Shown here one piece after another: positions 58,023-64,000 of a DNA stretch of 64,000 bases. Every line of letters begins with the position of its first letter. Within the stretch, counting starts at the first letter, position 1. The stretch is taken from assembly GCA_018818425.1 (NCBI GenBank), contig JAHISB010000018.1, forward strand, positions 16,390-80,389, in the 5' to 3' direction. The notes under the pieces are model-generated. The model saw only the letters and a program-made list of their open reading frames with translations. It did not search any database and was not told the DNA's origin. This DNA is from Patescibacteria group bacterium (GTDB taxonomy: Bacteria > Patescibacteriota > Patescibacteriia > UBA1558 > UBA10009). A program made the translations under genes and the position numbers.

Positions 58023-59537
58023 TCATTTAAGGACTTGATAAATTTCCGCGTCCTTATTTTGATATATTAATTTTAAATAATCTTGAAGGCCAGGATTGTA
58101 ATCGCCTAATCTTTTTTCAATATCGCTGTAAAATAAATAATCTATGTTATTCTGCTGTAAAAAAATTTTCTTTTCCTGATCAAACTGATTATCTTTAAAA
58201 AACCACTCAATTTTATCAAAATTTTCCTTAAAGCTGGTAAAATAGCCGCCGGCTAAATAAGAAATGTGTCCGGTATAACCAGAGATAACTGTATTCCAAG
58301 TGCCAAAATCAGCAAAAATTCTGCTTTCTGTCGGCAAATTATCTTTCATCCAGTAAAATATTTCTATATATTTTCTTGCTATATAATGCGGGGGTCCGTG
58401 GAATTTAATAATTAATAGCTCATAACTAAAAATGGAGAAATAGCTTTGAGTTAAAAATAAAATAATTATTATAGCTGTAATTATCCTGCTGAATTGCCTT
58501 TTTAATTTTATTAAAATAAATTTAAATCCATGATAGGCTAAAATGGTCAAAGGGATCGATAAGCCTAAAACGAAGCGACGATTAAATTGAATTTGAGAAA
58601 AAATTATAAACAAAGAAGATAAACACCATAATATTAAATACCAGTATATCTCTTCCTTTCTCTTCTTTATCGCTCCAATAATAGCTAAAGGAGAAAGCAA
58701 GCCATAACCATAAATTAAAAACTGCCAACTAGGCAAGGGAGTAAAATTTTGCATAGCCCAACGGCTTAAAGCTTCTTCAGCCGAAAAGATATAATAATAG
58801 TATACAGCTCCAAGAGTTACTGATAATATAGTAATTAAAGCCGGTAAAAAATTTTTAAATTTTTTGGTGGATAAATATCTATAAATAGACCAACTTAAAA
58901 TAACTACCAATAAAGAGACGGCATCATAAAAATGAACTAAAAATAATAATAACGCCCCTAAAAAAATAGTAAAAAGATGAATATTTTTGTGAGTTTTAAA
59001 ATATTTTAAAACTGCGTGATAAATTAAGATAAATAAAACTAAAACTAAAGCAAATAAGGGGCTAAAGTATAAATTATAAAAGGTATCTTTTTCAATCAGC
59101 CAAGTAAAAATACCAGCGGCAAATATACAAAAAGGAAATAACCAAATATTTTGTTCTAAATTAAAAAACTCCTTTAAAAATTTTCTTAAAAGAATACAGA
59201 AAATAATTGCAAAGATTACTTTAAAAAGTTGATAAACTAAAAAAATGTTTAAGCTGAATATTTTAACTAGCCAGCCCATTATTAGCCATAAAGGATGAAA
59301 AAATAAGTCTCGTTGCTCTATGGGATTATATAAATTTTTAAAAAGAACTTTTCCTTGAGCCGCTTGAGTGATAAAAGAAAAGTGGCCTGTCATATCCCCC
59401 ACTCTAGTGGGTTGATTGCCAATATAATAGAATTCTTCATTAGAATAAAAATAACCCGCCAGATGAATAAAGGTAATTAAAAAAACCAAAACAATAACGG
59501 TTAAAATAAAAACTTTTCTTTCTTTATTGACAGCCAT
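58023..59537 (-). CDS. polytopic membrane protein, paralog family (GT-C-like), member 1
   Basis: The N-terminal TM helix, the YYxG/NQP..GD motif and the C-terminal block (IDYLFY...LGDYNP...YQNKDAEIYQV) are shared with 59574..61193 and 61193..62839. Confidence 0.5.
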   Translation of the reverse strand: MAVNKERKVFILTVIVLVFLITFIHLAGYFYSNEEFYYIGNQPTRVGDMTGHFSFITQAAQGKVLFKNLYNPIEQRDLFFHPLWLIMGWLVKIFSLNIFLVYQLFKVIFAIIFCILLRKFLKEFFNLEQNIWLFPFCIFAAGIFTWLIEKDTFYNLYFSPLFALVLVLFILIYHAVLKYFKTHKNIHLFTIFLGALLLFLVHFYDAVSLLVVILSWSIYRYLSTKKFKNFLPALITILSVTLGAVYYYYIFSAEEALSRWAMQNFTPLPSWQFLIYGYGLLSPLAIIGAIKKRKEEIYWYLILWCLSSLFIIFSQIQFNRRFVLGLSIPLTILAYHGFKFILIKLKRQFSRIITAIIIILFLTQSYFSIFSYELLIIKFHGPPHYIARKYIEIFYWMKDNLPTESRIFADFGTWNTVISGYTGHISYLAGGYFTSFKENFDKIEWFFKDNQFDQEKKIFLQQNNIDYLFYSDIEKRLGDYNPGLQDYLKLIYQNKDAEIYQVLK

Positions 59538-59573
59538 AAAAAATTTAATCTTTGCGCTTAAAAAGCTCTATGA

Positions 59574-61193
59574 TTAAGGTACTGGTTTCACTTGATAAAT
59601 CGCTACCTCGCTATTTTGAAAAACTTGTTTCAAATACTCTTTATTTTGAGGATTAAATTCGCCCAAAGCCATCTCCCTTGAACCGTAATAAAGATAATCA
59701 ATGCCTTCCCTCGATAACCAACGGGCTTTTAGCTTGTCCCCCCGATTATCTTTAAAAAACCATTCCTCAACATCATATTTTTTTATCAGCCAGTTATTGG
59801 TCTGAATTTTATAGCCTAAATATACAAACCTGCCCGCAATCGAAGGAATTATGCTGCCCATTTGACTTTGAGATAATATAATATCTGATTTATCTGAATT
59901 TTCCTTCAGCCACCATATAGCTTCTTTTTCTCCCTTAGTTAAGTGGAATTCTCCAATTGAAAAAAAATGATAATTTAATCCTAAAAAAAACAGGTTTGTG
60001 CTTGTCATTAAAAATATAAAAATAATTAATATAACTATTTTAATCGTAAATTTATTATTTATTTTATAGTATAGTTTTGTTTTTTTAATTTTATCCAGCA
60101 AAACAGCCGCCCCCAAAACCGCTAATAGTGCCATAGGGATATGCATGCCGTTGCCTAATCTGCGCTGAAAAGACAATGGCATATATAAAAGCAGCCAGGA
60201 AGTTAAAGACCAAACCGCTAAAAAATTTAAATATTTATTTTTGCTTTTCCATGCAGGTGAAATACCAAAAAGAAAAAAAATAAAGATTAAACCAAAACCA
60301 GCCATATAATTATGCGGCGGGGGCGACAACTGAACTAATTGTTCAGCCCAGCCTGCGAACCCGGGTGAAAAAATTCTAAAAATAAAAAAATAAAAAATCG
60401 AGGCGAAGGAAATTAAAAAGAAAATTACTAATTTAAAAAAATCCGGCCAGGGCCATAATTTATTTTTTATAATATTAACTATAAACCAAACTGATAGAAT
60501 AAAAAATGCGATAAAAACATCATATGGATGAAAAAATCCTAATAAACAGCCGATGATGCCCATGCCTATTACTTCTGGATATTTGGCGATTTTAAATCGG
60601 GCGATTGTCCACCAAAATATTAGTAAAAGACAAATTTGGGAAAGAATGAATAAAGGGGAATGAAAAAGGGTCAAAAAAGTATTGCCTTCGCTATACCAAA
60701 TATCGGCGCCAAAATAACCATTGGGATTCTTTAATATATAATTAATAAAAAAGGTGAAAAAACCAAAGCCAGAACTAATGGCTAAAGTAACAAAGGCAAT
60801 TTTTCTCCACGTCTCTTTTAAAAAAATCTTGGAAACAAACAAATACAATAAATATAAGAATATAAAACCAAAAATAACTCTAAATAAATGGTAAGTAAAT
60901 AACGGCGGCAGTTTAGTAATTCCCGAAAACCAGCCTAAGCTTGCCCACAAGGGCGAAAAATAACCGGCTTGTGGTTCGGAGGTATATAAATTATGGATAA
61001 AAAAATAACCCTGTCTAGCTTCTTCGATCTGGGAGAGGTAAACCATTTTATCAGCTGCTCCAACCAAAGTTCCGCCGGTATAATAATCTTTATTTGAATT
61101 ATATACTCCAATATAGGGCAATAAGGTAATAATTAACACAAGTACTATTATACTTATTATAAACTTTCTTTTTTTAATATTGATTATTTTCAT
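59574..61193 (-). CDS. polytopic membrane protein, paralog family (GT-C-like), member 2
   Basis: About 65% identical to member 3 by inspection. EARQGYFFIHNLYTSEPQAGYFSPLW is conserved. Confidence 0.55.
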   Translation of the reverse strand: MKIINIKKRKFIISIIVLVLIITLLPYIGVYNSNKDYYTGGTLVGAADKMVYLSQIEEARQGYFFIHNLYTSEPQAGYFSPLWASLGWFSGITKLPPLFTYHLFRVIFGFIFLYLLYLFVSKIFLKETWRKIAFVTLAISSGFGFFTFFINYILKNPNGYFGADIWYSEGNTFLTLFHSPLFILSQICLLLIFWWTIARFKIAKYPEVIGMGIIGCLLGFFHPYDVFIAFFILSVWFIVNIIKNKLWPWPDFFKLVIFFLISFASIFYFFIFRIFSPGFAGWAEQLVQLSPPPHNYMAGFGLIFIFFLFGISPAWKSKNKYLNFLAVWSLTSWLLLYMPLSFQRRLGNGMHIPMALLAVLGAAVLLDKIKKTKLYYKINNKFTIKIVILIIFIFLMTSTNLFFLGLNYHFFSIGEFHLTKGEKEAIWWLKENSDKSDIILSQSQMGSIIPSIAGRFVYLGYKIQTNNWLIKKYDVEEWFFKDNRGDKLKARWLSREGIDYLYYGSREMALGEFNPQNKEYLKQVFQNSEVAIYQVKPVP

Positions 61194-62839
61194 TATTTAA
61201 CTTTAATCCTATAAATTGTCACCTCTTGATTTTTATATACTTCCTCTAAATAACTTTTTTCGTCAGGGTTAAAATTTCCCAAAGCCATCTCCCTTGAACC
61301 ATGATAAAGATAATCAATGCCTTCCCTTAATAACCAGCGGTATTTTAAAGCGTCCCCCTGATTATCTTTAAAAAACCATTCCTCAACATCATATTTTTTT
61401 ATCAGCCAGTTATTGGTCTGGTGGCCATGGCCTAAATAGACATAACGGCCCGATATAGCCGGGATTATGCTGCCGATGGTATTCTTTGATAAAATTACTT
61501 CTGTTGTTTTTAGGTTATCCTTAAACCAAATTATTGCCTCTTTTTCGTTTTGGGTTATATAAAAGCCTTTAAGGGCATGATAAAAAAATTCAGCGCCAAT
61601 TAAAAATAAATTCGAACTTATAGCCAAAAAAACCAAAATTAAAATCGCTGTTGTTTTAATAATGTATTGTTTATTTACAATTTTAAAAAGCCATAACTGC
61701 TTTAATTTATTTAAAATTACCACTAAGCCAAAAATGGCTAATATCACCATAGGCATATGCAGCCCGTTGCCCAGTCTTCTTTGAGATTGCAAAGGGGCAT
61801 ATAGTAAAAGCCATGAAACAATAGCCCAGATAGCTAAAAAGTTGAAATATCTATTTCTGCTTTTCCAGGCCGGATAAACGCCGAAAAGAAAAAGAATAAA
61901 AATTAAACCATAACCAATCATATAATTATATATTCTTGGTGAAAGGGTAATATTTTGTATGGCCCAGCCAGCAAAGCCCGGAGAAAAATATTTTAAAAGG
62001 AAAAAATAACCTATAGGCAGAAAAGAAATAAATAAGACTATAATAAGCTTTAAAAAGACCGGCCAGAACCATTCTTTCTTTTGGACTGTTTTTACTGCAA
62101 ACCAAACTAAGAGAACAGAAAAAATAATAACTATATCATAGGGATGAATAAAGCCTAAAAAACCGCCTATTAAACCAATGGCTGCTGCTTCGGTATATTT
62201 AGCCGAAGTTAATCTGGCAATCGTCCACCAAAATATTAATAAAAGACAAATTTGGGAAAGAATGAATAAAGGGGAATGAAAAAGGGTCAAAAAAGTATTG
62301 CCTTCGCTAAACCAAATATCGGTGCCAAAATAATTATACATATTCTCCGCTGTCCAGGGCCTAATTACGGTAAATATTCCCAGCCCTGAACTAAAAGATA
62401 GCGCCAAAAAGGTAATTTTTCTCCATTTAACGCTAGAGAAGATTTGAGAAATAAAAAGATAAAGTAGATATAAAAAGATAAAACCGAAAATGATTCTAAA
62501 AAAATGTAAAGTAAATAGCGGTGATAGTTTAGTAGCTCTAGAAAACCAGCCTAAACCGGTCCACAAGGGCGAGAGATAGCCTATTTGTGGTTCGGAAGTA
62601 TATAAATTATGAACCAAAGCATTGCCTTGCCGGGCTTCTTCAATTTGGGAAAGGTAAACCATTTTATCGGCGGCAGCAATAAAAGTTCCGCCAGTAAAAT
62701 AATCATCACTAGATCTAACCCAGGAAAAAGCTAAAGGAATTAAAGTAATTAATAATACCGTAAAAGAAACTATAAATACGAATTCTTTCTCTTTTCTACT
62801 GAGTGATTTTAAAACTTGTTTTAGATAAGTCAACATCAA
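61193..62839 (-). CDS. polytopic membrane protein, paralog family (GT-C-like), member 3
   Basis: Tandem paralog of member 2. Its stop and the start of member 2 abut at 61193. Confidence 0.55.
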   Translation of the reverse strand: MMLTYLKQVLKSLSRKEKEFVFIVSFTVLLITLIPLAFSWVRSSDDYFTGGTFIAAADKMVYLSQIEEARQGNALVHNLYTSEPQIGYLSPLWTGLGWFSRATKLSPLFTLHFFRIIFGFIFLYLLYLFISQIFSSVKWRKITFLALSFSSGLGIFTVIRPWTAENMYNYFGTDIWFSEGNTFLTLFHSPLFILSQICLLLIFWWTIARLTSAKYTEAAAIGLIGGFLGFIHPYDIVIIFSVLLVWFAVKTVQKKEWFWPVFLKLIIVLFISFLPIGYFFLLKYFSPGFAGWAIQNITLSPRIYNYMIGYGLIFILFLFGVYPAWKSRNRYFNFLAIWAIVSWLLLYAPLQSQRRLGNGLHMPMVILAIFGLVVILNKLKQLWLFKIVNKQYIIKTTAILILVFLAISSNLFLIGAEFFYHALKGFYITQNEKEAIIWFKDNLKTTEVILSKNTIGSIIPAISGRYVYLGHGHQTNNWLIKKYDVEEWFFKDNQGDALKYRWLLREGIDYLYHGSREMALGNFNPDEKSYLEEVYKNQEVTIYRIKVK

Positions 62840-62840
62840 T

Positions 62841-64000
62841 TTATAAATTATGTTGATTACAATGAAAAACTCTTAGATCATCGTTAATCTGCTCGGTGGG
62901 ACATCTTTCTATAATATTTTTATAAGAGGCATTTTCAATAATGCATAATCTCTCATTATTTAAAAAGGGGCAAAAATCTTTAATATATGTAAAAAAATAA
63001 AATTCTTCTTTGGTGTTATCTAAATATTCCCGTTTCATCGCATCAATCAGCAAAACCTTATTAGGAATAATAACATTTAATGACTGATGGCAATTTCTTA
63101 AATAAATTGGTATATTTGCAGGAACATTATTATCTTGCAAATAATCTCTGGCCTGCCAAATCCAATACGGACGATACACAACTTTATAATCTATTTTAAT
63201 CGACCAAAATAAATAACCATTAATAATAATTATAAGAAAAATAAATAAATACCTAAGATTTTTTTCAAGAAATATCTTTCTAAAATAAATTACTAATAAT
63301 ATATTAAATAAAACAAAAATTGGTAAAAATATTCTATGGTGGGCAGATTCAGAAGGAACTAATAATACACTAATAAAAATATATATTATTATAAAAATTT
63401 CTAAGAATGAAAGTTTGGATAAATCAATTCTCTTTTTATTTTTTCTAAAAAAATTGAAAATAGTATTTAAAAAATAAATTGTAAAGATATAAACAAAAAC
63501 ACTAACTAACCATTGTAATTTCCAGTCTAGGGAACCTTGGGTGGAAAAGTTGACCCAAAATCTAACCAAAAAAATCCACGGAATAGTAAATAATAATAGT
63601 AATGTAAAATTAATTATAATTTGTTTATTAATTCTTTCTTTTTTATTAAAAAACCAATAATAAATAATAAATAAAGAAGTTGCCATAAAAGAAATTATAT
63701 GGGTGTGGAATAATAAAATTAAACTTAAAGTAATTAAATAGTAATATTTATTCTTGTTAGTCTGGCATAGTTTAATAAAAAAATATAAACTCAAAAAAAC
63801 TAATAAAATCAATAAAGAAAAATAACGGCACATTCGGCCGTATTCTACTAAGGGAATGTTTACTGCATAGAAAGCGCTGGCAATTAAAGCTGTCTTAGGA
63901 CTATATAACTCTCTGGTTATTAAATATAATAAGAATATCGATAATATTGAAAAAATTATAAATAGAAACCTGGCATTAAAGGTTGTAAAACCTGCGAGCT
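62841..64000 (-). CDS. polytopic membrane protein, 5' end probably beyond the window (the frame stays open upstream of Met 63833 to the window edge)
   Basis: The ORF track starts at the first Met (63833). Hand translation of the same frame for about 100 nt upstream (63834..63935) shows no stop codon. Highly hydrophobic. Confidence 0.4.
   Translation of the reverse strand, partial: LAGFTTFNARFLFIIFSILSIFLLYLITRELYSPKTALIASAFYAVNIPLVEYGRMCRYFSLLILLVFLSLYFFIKLCQTNKNKYYYLITLSLILLFHTHIISFMATSLFIIYYWFFNKKERINKQIIINFTLLLLFTIPWIFLVRFWVNFSTQGSLDWKLQWLVSVFVYIFTIYFLNTIFNFFRKNKKRIDLSKLSFLEIFIIIYIFISVLLVPSESAHHRIFLPIFVLFNILLVIYFRKIFLEKNLRYLFIFLIIIINGYLFWSIKIDYKVVYRPYWIWQARDYLQDNNVPANIPIYLRNCHQSLNVIIPNKVLLIDAMKREYLDNTKEEFYFFTYIKDFCPFLNNERLCIIENASYKNIIERCPTEQINDDLRVFHCNQHNL

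Noticed and set aside
1-64000. CRISPR array or cas genes
   Set aside because: No regularly spaced repeat-spacer structure was found. The tandem repeats present are short microsatellite-like units or dispersed palindromes, and none alternate with unique spacers.

Overview
This window reads as a compact, AT-rich bacterial chromosome segment with many hypothetical membrane proteins and few operons of classical synteny. I infer it comes from a Patescibacteria/CPR-like organism. The first 48 kb is a housekeeping backbone (polA, holA, rpsT, a nucleotidyltransferase-truB fusion, uvrB, ruvA, FemAB-like, mgtE, MurE-like, rpoB, rpoC, rlmN, ftsK, rodZ-like, recA, galU) interrupted by accessory pieces. 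These are three Fic-family genes, a DUF262+HNH nuclease, a HigB/HigA-like toxin-antitoxin pair, a NUDIX gene, an intact IS481-like insertion sequence with target-site duplication, one tRNA-Ser(CGA), and an ECF sigma/anti-sigma pair. The most striking region is 48.2-54.8 kb. It is a tight tandem array of 11 paralogous small genes encoding signal-peptide proteins that share a two-helix core with an invariant G-G-(I/F)-QWMTAGGN-EEK loop, which I read as a TrbC/VirB2-like pilin fold. Their N-terminal regions are hypervariable, and five of them carry hypervariable cysteine-rich C-terminal domains. The array is translationally coupled to an orphan solute-binding protein and galU. A cluster of paralogous giant polytopic membrane proteins (putative GT-C-type glycosyltransferases) follows on the opposite strand, with a near-identical gene-conversion tract between two of them. 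A second unusual layer is several short repeat families inserted in frame inside conserved genes (uvrB, truB, a membrane protein, FemAB-like, MurE-like, O-antigen ligase). One family is a palindrome-bearing mini-element of about 60-110 bp. There are also GC-rich intergenic repeat families, including a 135-bp direct repeat that flanks one gene on both sides. No CRISPR array and no rRNA were found. All calls rest on reading the sequence and ORF translations against remembered family motifs; no searches were run.
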